From the NCBI GenBank assembly GCA_964430875.1, contig CAYSHP010000002.1, forward strand, positions 1,750 through 65,749: 64,000 bases of DNA, in the 5' to 3' direction. Source of the DNA: an uncultured Halanaerobiales bacterium (GTDB lineage: Bacteria; Bacillota; Halanaerobiia; Halanaerobiales; M55B127). Shown piece after piece: positions 8,995 to 17,307 of the stretch. Made by a program: the position numbers and the translations under genes. Positions within the stretch are counted from its first letter, which is position 1; each line of letters opens with the position of its first letter. Under the pieces are notes generated by a model that saw nothing but the letters and a program-made list of their open reading frames with translations, made no database searches and had not been told where the DNA came from.

Positions 8995-9733
8995 AGATAA
9001 TATGATAAAAGCATATGGAGATACCTATAATGACGGCAAAATTCAGTTAAGCTTTACCCTACCTGTACAAAAAGGAGTAGAAGCTGAAGAAGCAGCCCGG
9101 GTTTACTGTGCTAAGATGGGTTTAAAAGAAGTTGAAGTTGTAGATATGAAAGACTTAAGAGAAGGTTTTACTTTTTTTGTAGTTTATGCGATAGCAGATG
9201 TCTTTGTTAATTTAGATAAGATTAATGTAGCTAAGATTGAAACAGAAGAGATGAGCTATTATGAAATTAATGACTATATCAAAGAAAAGATAGGCAAACC
9301 ATTGACTGTAGTTGGGGCCTGTACAGGTTCAGATGCCCACACAGTCGGTTTAGATGCAATTCTCAATATGAAGGGTTATGCTGGTGAATATGGACTTGAG
9401 AGGTACCCTCAGTTTAATACTTATAATATGGGTAGTCAGGTTCCTAATGAAAAATTAATTGAAAAAGCTGTTAAAGAGAAAACAGATGCTATTTTAGTTT
9501 CACAGGTAGTTACCCAGAAAAATGTACATATTAAAAATTTAACTGAATTTGTAGAAATATTAGAAGCAGAAGGTTTAAGAGATGACTTCATTTTAGTTTT
9601 AGGTGGTCCTAGAATAAGTCATGAATTAGCCTTAGAATTAGGTTTTGATGCCGGTTTTGGTTCAGGTACAAAACCAAACCAGGTTGCATCTTATATCGCG
9701 CAAAAAGTATATCAAAATATTAATAATAAATAG
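8984..9733 (+). CDS. kamE: D-lysine/beta-lysine 5,6-aminomutase beta subunit (cobalamin- and PLP-binding)
   Basis: 249 aa. [17 protein letters not shown] is a KamE N-terminal signature. The DxHxxG B12-binding motif is present (GSDAHTVG), as is the Rossmann-like [12 protein letters not shown]. It overlaps the kamD stop by 11 nt. Confidence 0.92.
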   Translation: MLDKDNMIKAYGDTYNDGKIQLSFTLPVQKGVEAEEAARVYCAKMGLKEVEVVDMKDLREGFTFFVVYAIADVFVNLDKINVAKIETEEMSYYEINDYIKEKIGKPLTVVGACTGSDAHTVGLDAILNMKGYAGEYGLERYPQFNTYNMGSQVPNEKLIEKAVKEKTDAILVSQVVTQKNVHIKNLTEFVEILEAEGLRDDFILVLGGPRISHELALELGFDAGFGSGTKPNQVASYIAQKVYQNINNK

Positions 9734-9746
9734 TGAGGTGAAAAAG

Positions 9747-10133
9747 TTGACAGAAAAAGCAATGATTAGAATGAGAATGAGTACAAATGATGCCCATTAT
9801 GCAGGTAATTTAGTTGATGGAGCCAAGATGTTAGAACTCTTTGGTGATGTAGCAACAGAGTTACTAATTAGAAGTGATGGAGATGAAGGACTCTTTTTAT
9901 CATATGATGATGTTGAATTTACTGCCCCTGTTTATGCAGGAGATTTTATAGAAGCAAAAGGAGAAATCGTAAAAAAAGGTAATACTTCCCGCAAAATGGA
10001 GTTTACAGCCCATAAAGTAATTGCACCCGTAGAAGGAGCCGAATATGACTCGGCTTGTGAAGTATTAGATGAGTCCATTTTAGTCTGTAAAGCAAGTGGT
10101 ACCTGTGTAGTACCTAAAGAAAGGCAGAGATAA
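9747..10133 (+). CDS. kal: 3-aminobutyryl-CoA ammonia-lyase
   Basis: Track ORF 9645-10133 overlaps kamE. The in-frame TTG at 9747 follows SD GAGGTG (9735-9740) and gives about 128 aa ([42 protein letters not shown]...), the size and sequence type of Kal. Confidence 0.85.
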   Translation: MTEKAMIRMRMSTNDAHYAGNLVDGAKMLELFGDVATELLIRSDGDEGLFLSYDDVEFTAPVYAGDFIEAKGEIVKKGNTSRKMEFTAHKVIAPVEGAEYDSACEVLDESILVCKASGTCVVPKERQR

Positions 10134-10138
10134 GTACT

Positions 10139-10954
10139 ATGAATAAATTAATCATTACAGCGGCTATTTGTGGAGCAGAGGTAACTAAAGAAGATAATCC
10201 TAATTTACCAGTTACAGCGGAAGAGTTAGCCGAAGAAGCCTTGAAAGCAGAAAAAGCAGGTGCATCTATTATCCATTTACATGTTAGAAACCAAGATGGA
10301 AACCCTACACAAAGTAAAGAAGTATTTAAAAAGGCTATTGATAAGATGAAAGACAAAGGTGTTAGTGCTATTATCCAACCATCAACAGGGGGAGCAGCTG
10401 GAATGACCTGGCAGGAGAGAATACAGCCAGTCTATCTTAAGCCCGAAATGGCTACTTTAGACTGTGGTACTACTAACTTTGGTGATGATATATTTGTTAA
10501 TGACTTACCCTTGATGAGAAGTTTTGCAGATGAAATGGATAAGTATGATGTTTTACCTGAATTAGAATGTTTTGAAGTGGGCCATATCTATAATGGCTTA
10601 AGATTAAAAAAAGAGGGATTATTAAAAAAACACCTTCATTTTGATTTAGTTTTAGGTGTACCGGGTGCTATACCTGCTTCAGTTAAAAACTTGCTTTTTA
10701 TGGTAGAGCACTTACCAGAAGAAGCCACCTGGACCGCGGCTGGAGTCGGGCGATATCAATTAGAATTAGCCTACCATTCTATTATTATGGGAGGCCATGT
10801 AAGAGTTGGTTTTGAAGATAATATTTATTATAAAAAAGGTAAATTAGCTGAGAGTAATGCTCAATTGGTAAAAAGAGTTGTGCGTTTAGCCGAAGAATAC
10901 GGACGTGAAATAGCTGATCCGCAAGAAGCAAGAGAAATTTTAAATCTTAATTAA
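10139..10954 (+). CDS. kce: 3-keto-5-aminohexanoate cleavage enzyme (BKACE/DUF849)
   Basis: 271 aa. MNKLIITAAICGAE...PVTAEELAEEA...GASIIHLHVR is a typical BKACE N-terminus. It lies between kal and kdd. Confidence 0.9.
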   Translation: MNKLIITAAICGAEVTKEDNPNLPVTAEELAEEALKAEKAGASIIHLHVRNQDGNPTQSKEVFKKAIDKMKDKGVSAIIQPSTGGAAGMTWQERIQPVYLKPEMATLDCGTTNFGDDIFVNDLPLMRSFADEMDKYDVLPELECFEVGHIYNGLRLKKEGLLKKHLHFDLVLGVPGAIPASVKNLLFMVEHLPEEATWTAAGVGRYQLELAYHSIIMGGHVRVGFEDNIYYKKGKLAESNAQLVKRVVRLAEEYGREIADPQEAREILNLN

Positions 10955-11676
10955 TGGAGGTGGATATTATTAAGTATAATTTTGAAGGTTTAAGTGCATT
11001 ATTTATCAACTGTACTTTAAAAAAATCGCCCCGTCAATCTCATACCAGAGGCTTAATAGATGTTTCAAAACATATCATGGAAAAACATAATGTAGATGTA
11101 AAAGTAATTAGAGCTATTGATTATGATATTGCAACCGGGGTCTATCCGGACATGAAAGAAAAGAATTGGGATAAGGATGATTGGCCAGCCATACAAAAGA
11201 AAGTTTTAGACTCTGATATTTTAGTATTGGGAACACCAATTTGGCTTGGAGCTAAATCTTCAGTTTGTAGTAAAGTAATAGAAAGATTATACAGTTATTC
11301 CGGCCAGGTTAATGATAATGGGCAGTATATTTATTACGGAAGAGTTGGTGGCACCATAATAACCGGTAATGAAGATGGTGTTAAACACTGTGCTATGAAC
11401 ATCTTATACTCCTTACAGCATTTAGGTTATCTAATACCACCCCAATCAGATGCAGGCTGGATTGGAGAAGTTGGTCCCGGCCCATCCTATTTAGATGAGG
11501 GCTCCGGTGGGCCTGAAAATGAATTTACCAACCGGAATACCACTTTCATGACCTGGAATTTAATGCATATGGCAAAAATGTTAAAAGATAATGACGGTAT
11601 TCCAGCTTATGGTAATCAACGTACAAAATGGGATGAGGGAGATAGGTTTGATAATCCTAATCCCGAATACAGATAA
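10954..11676 (+). CDS. Flavodoxin-fold NAD(P)H-dependent FMN reductase-like protein
   Basis: 240 aa. ALFINCTLKKSPRQSHT... and DILVLGTPIWLGAKSS match the flavodoxin-like/NADPH-FMN-reductase pattern (xxINGSxxxxSxT; P-x-Y/W). The start overlaps the kce stop (TAATG). Confidence 0.65.
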   Translation: MEVDIIKYNFEGLSALFINCTLKKSPRQSHTRGLIDVSKHIMEKHNVDVKVIRAIDYDIATGVYPDMKEKNWDKDDWPAIQKKVLDSDILVLGTPIWLGAKSSVCSKVIERLYSYSGQVNDNGQYIYYGRVGGTIITGNEDGVKHCAMNILYSLQHLGYLIPPQSDAGWIGEVGPGPSYLDEGSGGPENEFTNRNTTFMTWNLMHMAKMLKDNDGIPAYGNQRTKWDEGDRFDNPNPEYR

Positions 11677-11696
11677 TATATAGGAGGTAATTTTAA

Positions 11697-12731
11697 ATGA
11701 AAAAAGGAAATAAATATGGGTTACATAGAGTAATTAAACCACAAGGAGTTTTACCACAACCAGCTGAAAAAATTGATAATAGCATGGAATTATATGATAA
11801 TGAGATCTTAATTGATGTGGAAATATTAAATATAGATTCAGCTAGTTTTACCCAGATCAAAGAAGAAGTAGGAGAAAATGAAGAAAAAATAAAGGAAAAG
11901 ATGATGCAAATAGTGAATAAAAGAGGTAAGCACCATAACCCTGTGACCGGTTCAGGTGGTATGTTAATTGGAACTGTATCAGAAATTGGAGATGAGCTAA
12001 AGAACCGTGATTTAAAGGTGGGAGATCGAATTGCAACCTTAGTTTCGCTTTCTTTAACACCTTTAAAGATTGAAAAAATCAAAAAGGTTCATAAAGATAT
12101 TGACCAGGTGGAAGTAGAAGCCAAAGCAATTTTATTTGAAAGTGGTATCTATGCTAAACTACCAGCTGATATGAAAGATACTCTTTTCTTAGCTGTATTA
12201 GACGTAGCAGGGGCAGCTGCCCAAACCGCTAAATTAGTAAGACCCGGTGATAATGTATTAATTATTGGGGCTGGTGGTAAATCAGGTCTACTTTGTTTAC
12301 ATGAAGCTAAAAAAAGAGCTGGGGTAACCGGTACTGTAATTGGTATGGGACATAGTGATACTAGCTGTGAGCGAATTAAAGAATTAGGGGCAGCCGATAT
12401 AATTATTCAGGGAGATGCAACCCAGCCGGTTGAAACCTTAGAAAAACTAAAAGCTGAGACCGGGGGAGAATTAGCTGATATTGTAATTAATAATGTCAAT
12501 ATTCCTGATACTGAAATGGCTTCAGTTTTAACTACTAAAGACCAAGGCACTATATACTTTTTCTCAATGGCTACCAGTTTCACCAAAGCTGCTTTAGGTG
12601 CAGAAGGGGTAGGCAAAGATGTAAATATGATTATTGGTAATGGTTATACCAAAGGACATGCCGCAATTTCACTAGAAATCTTAAGAGAAAATAAAAAGTT
12701 AAGAGAAATTTTTGAGAGACTATATACCTAA
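11697..12731 (+). CDS. kdd: L-erythro-3,5-diaminohexanoate dehydrogenase
   Basis: 344 aa. N-terminus KYGLHRVIKPQGVLPQPAEKIDNSMELYDNEILIDVEILNIDSASF and the Rossmann motif IIGAGGKSG match the Kdd type. It sits in the lysine fermentation context. Confidence 0.88.
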   Translation: MKKGNKYGLHRVIKPQGVLPQPAEKIDNSMELYDNEILIDVEILNIDSASFTQIKEEVGENEEKIKEKMMQIVNKRGKHHNPVTGSGGMLIGTVSEIGDELKNRDLKVGDRIATLVSLSLTPLKIEKIKKVHKDIDQVEVEAKAILFESGIYAKLPADMKDTLFLAVLDVAGAAAQTAKLVRPGDNVLIIGAGGKSGLLCLHEAKKRAGVTGTVIGMGHSDTSCERIKELGAADIIIQGDATQPVETLEKLKAETGGELADIVINNVNIPDTEMASVLTTKDQGTIYFFSMATSFTKAALGAEGVGKDVNMIIGNGYTKGHAAISLEILRENKKLREIFERLYT

Positions 12732-12751
12732 GTTGGAGGAGTTTTTAAAGA

Positions 12752-13231
12752 ATGAGCAATGCACAAAAAGAAGAAAACTATGAAATGCTTTATGACAGTA
12801 TGAAAGCTTTAATCGAAGATGAACGAGATTGGATAGCTAATCTTGCTAATGTCTCAGCCCTACTTTTTAACCATTTAGATAATGTTAATTGGGCTGGATT
12901 TTATCTAATGAAAGAAGGAGAATTAGTATTAGGTCCTTTTCAGGGCAATCCGGCTTGTATTAGAATTGAAGTTGGTTCAGGGGTCTGTGGTTCAGCTGTT
13001 GAAGATGGAAAAACCTATGTAGTTGATAATGTTCATCAGTTTGCAGGACATATTGCCTGTGATGCAGCTTCTAATTCTGAAATTGTCGTACCTCTCTTTT
13101 ATGAAGATAAAATTGTGGGTGTTTTAGATATCGATAGTCCCTTAAAGAGTAACTTTGATGAAGTTGATAAAAAATATTTAGAGAAGATGGTAAAACATCT
13201 TATAATTGATTCTGAAGTAGAGACTTATTAA
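12752..13231 (+). CDS. GAF-domain protein, free methionine-(R)-sulfoxide reductase type (YebR/MsrC-like)
   Basis: 159 aa. WAGFYL...GPFQGNPACIRIEVGSGVCGSA...HIACDAASNSEIVVPL is the characteristic fRMsr GAF pattern, with the conserved Cys residues. Confidence 0.8.
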   Translation: MSNAQKEENYEMLYDSMKALIEDERDWIANLANVSALLFNHLDNVNWAGFYLMKEGELVLGPFQGNPACIRIEVGSGVCGSAVEDGKTYVVDNVHQFAGHIACDAASNSEIVVPLFYEDKIVGVLDIDSPLKSNFDEVDKKYLEKMVKHLIIDSEVETY

Positions 13232-13257
13232 TCTGAGATAAGAAGAGGTGAAAGATA

Positions 13258-14124
13258 TTGGATATTAACAAAGACAGATTGGTTATGCAGGCTGTCCAGG
13301 GTGCGATATCTCATCCGATGGCTGCTCGTACACCTTATCGTATGGACAGAGAAGGTAAAGGAAGAATTTTACCAGGTACAGGCGGTATTTCCTATAATGT
13401 GAGAATTGGAGACCCTGCATTTGGCTGGGCCGGGGATCATATTGAACCCGGTGTTAGCATGAAGATAAGTGATAAAAATAAGTCTAATGATAATTATGGT
13501 TTAGGACTTTTAGCCTGTTTAGGGAATAAAGCTCGTATTATTAGTGGAGATGCAGAAGGAACTTATGGTTATGTGACAGGTACACATGGTGGTATCGATC
13601 ATGTTATTGTTGACTTTGAACCTGAGGTATTAGAAAAACTTAAGATTGGTGATGAGATTTTAATTAAAGCTTATGGACAGGGATTAGAATTAAATGAGTA
13701 TCCAAAGCTCAGTGTCTTTAATTTAGATCCTAACCTTCTTGATAAAATGAATATTACTCAAAAAGAAGAGTTTATTGAAGTTGGTGTTACTGCTGAAATT
13801 CCAGCACATCTTATGGGTTCAGGGATTGGAGCTTCTAGTGTAGCACTTGGTGACTATGATATTACTACCGGAGATGAAGAAGAAATTAAAAATCTTGGGA
13901 TTGACAAATTAAAGTTAGGAGACTTTGTTTATCTTAAAGATTGTGATAATACTTATGGCCGAGAATTTAAAAAAGGGGCCGGTAGTATTGGAGTTGTAAT
14001 CCATAGTGACTGTATTAAGATGGGACATGGTCCAGGTGTCACAACTGTTTTAACGGCTAGAGAAAATATTATTAAACCTAAAATTGATAAAGATGCTAAT
14101 TTGATTAATTATTTGTATGATTAA
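13258..14124 (+). CDS. Conserved hypothetical protein (resembles the DUF4438 family)
   Basis: 288 aa with a TTG start after SD AGAGGTG. The family name is from memory of similar ~290-aa proteins and is unverified. Coding is supported by length and codon usage. Confidence 0.45.
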   Translation: MDINKDRLVMQAVQGAISHPMAARTPYRMDREGKGRILPGTGGISYNVRIGDPAFGWAGDHIEPGVSMKISDKNKSNDNYGLGLLACLGNKARIISGDAEGTYGYVTGTHGGIDHVIVDFEPEVLEKLKIGDEILIKAYGQGLELNEYPKLSVFNLDPNLLDKMNITQKEEFIEVGVTAEIPAHLMGSGIGASSVALGDYDITTGDEEEIKNLGIDKLKLGDFVYLKDCDNTYGREFKKGAGSIGVVIHSDCIKMGHGPGVTTVLTARENIIKPKIDKDANLINYLYD

Positions 14125-14152
14125 ATAGAAAATTTTTGCAAATTATGGAATC

Positions 14153-14181
14153 TTGACAATGCTACTCATCAATGCTATAAT
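14153..14181 (+). promoter_or_regulatory. Consensus sigma-70 promoter of the rubrerythrin-SOR operon
   Basis: TTGACA (14153-14158), 17-nt spacer, TGcTATAAT (-10 at 14176-14181). Both hexamers match the consensus perfectly and an extended -10 TG is present. Confidence 0.75.
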
Positions 14182-14190
14182 CAATTCTAA

Positions 14191-14205
14191 CAGTAATAAT
14201 TATTG
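14191..14205 (+). promoter_or_regulatory. Fur-family (PerR/Fur-like) 7-1-7 operator candidate
   Basis: CAGTAATAATTATTG contains the TAAT-N-ATTA core shared by Bacillus Fur/PerR/Zur boxes. It is an inverted repeat with one mismatch and lies 10-24 nt downstream of the -10, across the predicted +1. Confidence 0.5.
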
Positions 14206-14236
14206 ATAAGGCATAAACTTTTAAGGAGGAATTAAA

Positions 14237-14794
14237 ATGGTAAAAAATGATATGACTGCACAGAATTTAAGATCTGCTTATGGTGGAGAAAGTCAAGCCT
14301 ACCAGAGATACATGGTGTGGGGTGACAAAGCAGAGCAAGACGGATTTCCAAATGTTGGCTTACTCTTTAAAGCGATTGCTCATGCTGAACAGGTACATGC
14401 AAGTAATCACTTTGAAGCTTTAGATAACTGTATGGGCGATTTCTTAGTTGCTTCCGGGGCAGTATTTGGATTAGGTTCAACTGCTGAAAATTTAGAAGGT
14501 GCTAAAGCCGGTGAAGACTTTGAAATTGATCAAATGTATCCTACATACAACTTGGTTGCTAAAGATCAGCAGGAAAATGAAGCAGTACGTTCTTTCCATT
14601 ATGCTTTAGAAGCTGAAAAGATTCACTCAAAATTATTTGGAGAAGCACGTGAAGCAGTTCTAGACGGCCAAGATTATGAATTAGAAACTGTAAGTATTTG
14701 TGAAGTATGTGGACATACTGTAGTGGACGGTACTCCTGATGAATGCCCAATCTGTAATGCTCCCAAAGAAGAATTTAAAGTATTTGAAAAATAA
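14237..14794 (+). CDS. rbr: Rubrerythrin
   Basis: 185 aa. It has a ferritin-like diiron domain (ExxH pairs: AHAEQVHA, ALEAEKIHS) and a C-terminal rubredoxin-like CEVCGH...CPICNA. Confidence 0.9.
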   Translation: MVKNDMTAQNLRSAYGGESQAYQRYMVWGDKAEQDGFPNVGLLFKAIAHAEQVHASNHFEALDNCMGDFLVASGAVFGLGSTAENLEGAKAGEDFEIDQMYPTYNLVAKDQQENEAVRSFHYALEAEKIHSKLFGEAREAVLDGQDYELETVSICEVCGHTVVDGTPDECPICNAPKEEFKVFEK

Positions 14795-14846
14795 TTAAAA
14801 ATGACATATAATTAATACAGAGTAAAAAAATAAGGAGGAGTTATTA

Positions 14847-15197
14847 ATGTCTAAGTATGAAGTAAAGACCTTAAATGACCCTAAAGATAAGACTGTTTTA
14901 GAGAAGAAGCATGTTCCTTTTATTACTGCTCCAGACAGTGTTGAAAAGGGTGAGGTTTTTGAAGTAACTGTTAAAATGGGTAAAGAGATAGACCACCCTA
15001 TGGAAGAAGGACATTTTATTGAGTATTTTGATGTTTATGCTGGCGATATGAAAGTTGCCAATGTGACATTTACTCCTGAATGTGCAGCAGAAGCTACACT
15101 TAAACTAAAGTTAGATGAATCTGTTACATTAACCGTAGAAGAATACTGTAATTTACACGGTTATTGGAAAAATGAAAAAGAAATTGAAGTTAAATAA
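14847..15197 (+). CDS. Superoxide reductase (1Fe-SOR/neelaredoxin type; desulfoferrodoxin ferrous-iron domain)
   Basis: 116 aa. KHVPFI, HPMEEGHFIEY and the C-terminal CNLHGYW (Cys-x-x-His ligand pair) are SOR centre-II signatures. There is no N-terminal desulforedoxin domain. Confidence 0.85.
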   Translation: MSKYEVKTLNDPKDKTVLEKKHVPFITAPDSVEKGEVFEVTVKMGKEIDHPMEEGHFIEYFDVYAGDMKVANVTFTPECAAEATLKLKLDESVTLTVEEYCNLHGYWKNEKEIEVK

Positions 15198-15220
15198 CAT
15201 AAATAAAAAGTTTTAAAGTA

Positions 15221-15258
15221 TATCCCCTCTTCGGAACGTACGAAGGAGGGGATATTTT
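15221..15258 (+). terminator. Rho-independent terminator
   Basis: ATCCCCTCTTCG / CGAAGGAGGGGAT forms a 12-bp stem with one bulge and a 7-nt loop, followed by ATTTTTA. Confidence 0.85.
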
Positions 15259-15279
15259 TATATGTGAGGTGATTTTGAA

Positions 15280-15783
15280 ATGGAAGAAGTTAATGACCAT
15301 TTAAAAAAAGGTTTAAAAATAATATTTATTGGGTTTAACCCCGGGATAACTTCTTCAGAAACCGGCCATCACTATGCCCACCCCACTAATCGTTTTTATA
15401 AATTACTTTATGAAGCCGGCCTTACACCCCGACTTTATGAACCGGCCGAAGACCATAAATTACTAAAATTAGGTTATGGTTTAACCAATATAGTTCAGAG
15501 GCCTACTAAATCAGCCCAGGGTATTAAAAGTGAAGAGTATGATAAAGGCCGAAAAAAATTAATTAAAAAATTAGAGAAATATAAGCCTGAAGTTGCTTGT
15601 TTTACCGGGATTGGTGTATATAAGGAATTTTCACAAAAAAGTAATATTAAAAGAGGTTTACAGCCTGACAGTCATGTTAGAGGTGTCAAAGAATTTGTAA
15701 TATCTTCTCCTAGTGGACTTAATAGAACTCCTTATCAAAAACAGCTTAAGATGTACAAAAAGTTAAAAGAACTATTAGAATAA
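15280..15783 (+). CDS. mug: G/U mismatch-specific uracil-DNA glycosylase (Mug/TDG family)
   Basis: 167 aa. IIFIGFNPGITSSETGHHYAHPTNRFYKLL matches the Mug active-site region (GINPG...HPxNRFW). Confidence 0.85.
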   Translation: MEEVNDHLKKGLKIIFIGFNPGITSSETGHHYAHPTNRFYKLLYEAGLTPRLYEPAEDHKLLKLGYGLTNIVQRPTKSAQGIKSEEYDKGRKKLIKKLEKYKPEVACFTGIGVYKEFSQKSNIKRGLQPDSHVRGVKEFVISSPSGLNRTPYQKQLKMYKKLKELLE

Positions 15784-15856
15784 AGAGATTAACTTGAAAA
15801 ACAGCTATTAAGTGGTATACTTTAATTAAATATGTTATAAAAAAGGAGGACTTCCT

Positions 15857-17287
15857 ATGGTTGATGAATATACTGACCCTAAGTGGCAGGCAAAAATGAG
15901 AGTTAATGTTGATGTAAATAATATGTTTAAAGAATATATCGGTGCACAACACGGTATTAAATCCGAACATGTTGAAAGTATGGAAGAAACAGTTGTTAAA
16001 GCTCATCAAAATATTGAAAAACAACACAAAGAAGGTAAATTGGGTTTTATTGACTTACCTGATAAACAGGATGCAGTAGTAGATGAGATCGAACAGTATG
16101 CTGAAGAAAATAGAGATAAATTCGAAAATTTTGTTATTCTTGGAATTGGTGGTTCTGCTTTAGGTAGTATTGCCTTACAAAGTGCTTTAAAGCAACCTTA
16201 TCACAATGAAAAAAATGAAGCTACTCCTAATATTTATGTACCAGATAATGTAGACCCAGAAAGATTTAAAAGTCTTTTAGAGACTCTAGATTTAGAGAAA
16301 ACGGTCTTTAATGTAATTTCTAAATCAGGTAGTACAGCTGAAACAATGAGTTTGTTTTTAATTGCCCGTCAGGCTGTAGAAGATGTGGTGGGTAAAGATA
16401 ATATAAGCAAACATTTTATTGCTACAACTAGCAAAGATTCTGGTTACTTAAGAGTAATAGCTAAAAGAGAAGGCTTTAAGATGTTTTATATCCCGGATAA
16501 TGTAGGTGGAAGATTTTCTGTCTTGACTCCGGTTGGCCTGGTCTTCGCTGCTTTTGCGGGGATAGATATAAGGGAACTATTAGCTGGTGCTACCTATATG
16601 AAAAGAATCTGTTCAACTCCTGATATTTGGGAAAACCCTGCTTATTTAAGTGGGTTACTGCAGTATCTTGCCTATCAACAGGGAAAAGTAATGTCTGTTA
16701 TGATGCCCTATGCCCATTCGCTCAAGGATGTAGCTGATTGGTATAGACAGTTGTGGGCTGAATCATTAGGTAAAGAAAAAAGTAGAGAGGGAGAAACTGT
16801 TAATGTGGGCCCAACTCCCATTAAGGCCTTAGGTGCAACCGATCAGCATTCACAGGCCCAACTATATATGGAAGGTCCTTATGATAAAGTAGTTAACTTT
16901 ATAGAGGTAAAAGAGTTTCATGAAGATATTGAGATTCCTGATATATATGAAGATATTGAAGGGGTTTCCTATTTAAGAAATAAAAGATTATCTGATCTTT
17001 TAAATACAGAAAAGAAAGCCACGGAACTTGCTTTAACCAGAAGACAGCGCTTAAATAATACTGTAATTGTACCTAAAGTAAACGAATTTACGATGGGACA
17101 GTTATTTTATCTTTTTGAAATGGAGACAGCCCTAATAGGAGAACTCTTTAATATCAATGCCTATAACCAGCCGGGAGTGGAATTAGGTAAACATTACACT
17201 TATGGTGTTTTTGGTAGAAACGGTTATGAAGATAAAAAGGAAGAATACTATGATAGGCCTGAAAAGAAAGATAAATATATTATCTAA
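15857..17287 (+). CDS. pgi: Glucose-6-phosphate isomerase
   Basis: 476 aa. It shows SIS-domain patterns (ILGIGGSALG, VISKSGSTAETM, DNVGGRFSVLTPVGL, GATDQHSQAQLYMEG). SD AGGAGG lies 7 nt upstream. Confidence 0.92.
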   Translation: MVDEYTDPKWQAKMRVNVDVNNMFKEYIGAQHGIKSEHVESMEETVVKAHQNIEKQHKEGKLGFIDLPDKQDAVVDEIEQYAEENRDKFENFVILGIGGSALGSIALQSALKQPYHNEKNEATPNIYVPDNVDPERFKSLLETLDLEKTVFNVISKSGSTAETMSLFLIARQAVEDVVGKDNISKHFIATTSKDSGYLRVIAKREGFKMFYIPDNVGGRFSVLTPVGLVFAAFAGIDIRELLAGATYMKRICSTPDIWENPAYLSGLLQYLAYQQGKVMSVMMPYAHSLKDVADWYRQLWAESLGKEKSREGETVNVGPTPIKALGATDQHSQAQLYMEGPYDKVVNFIEVKEFHEDIEIPDIYEDIEGVSYLRNKRLSDLLNTEKKATELALTRRQRLNNTVIVPKVNEFTMGQLFYLFEMETALIGELFNINAYNQPGVELGKHYTYGVFGRNGYEDKKEEYYDRPEKKDKYII

Positions 17288-17307
17288 AAGGAGTAAGCGA
17301 TTACTTT

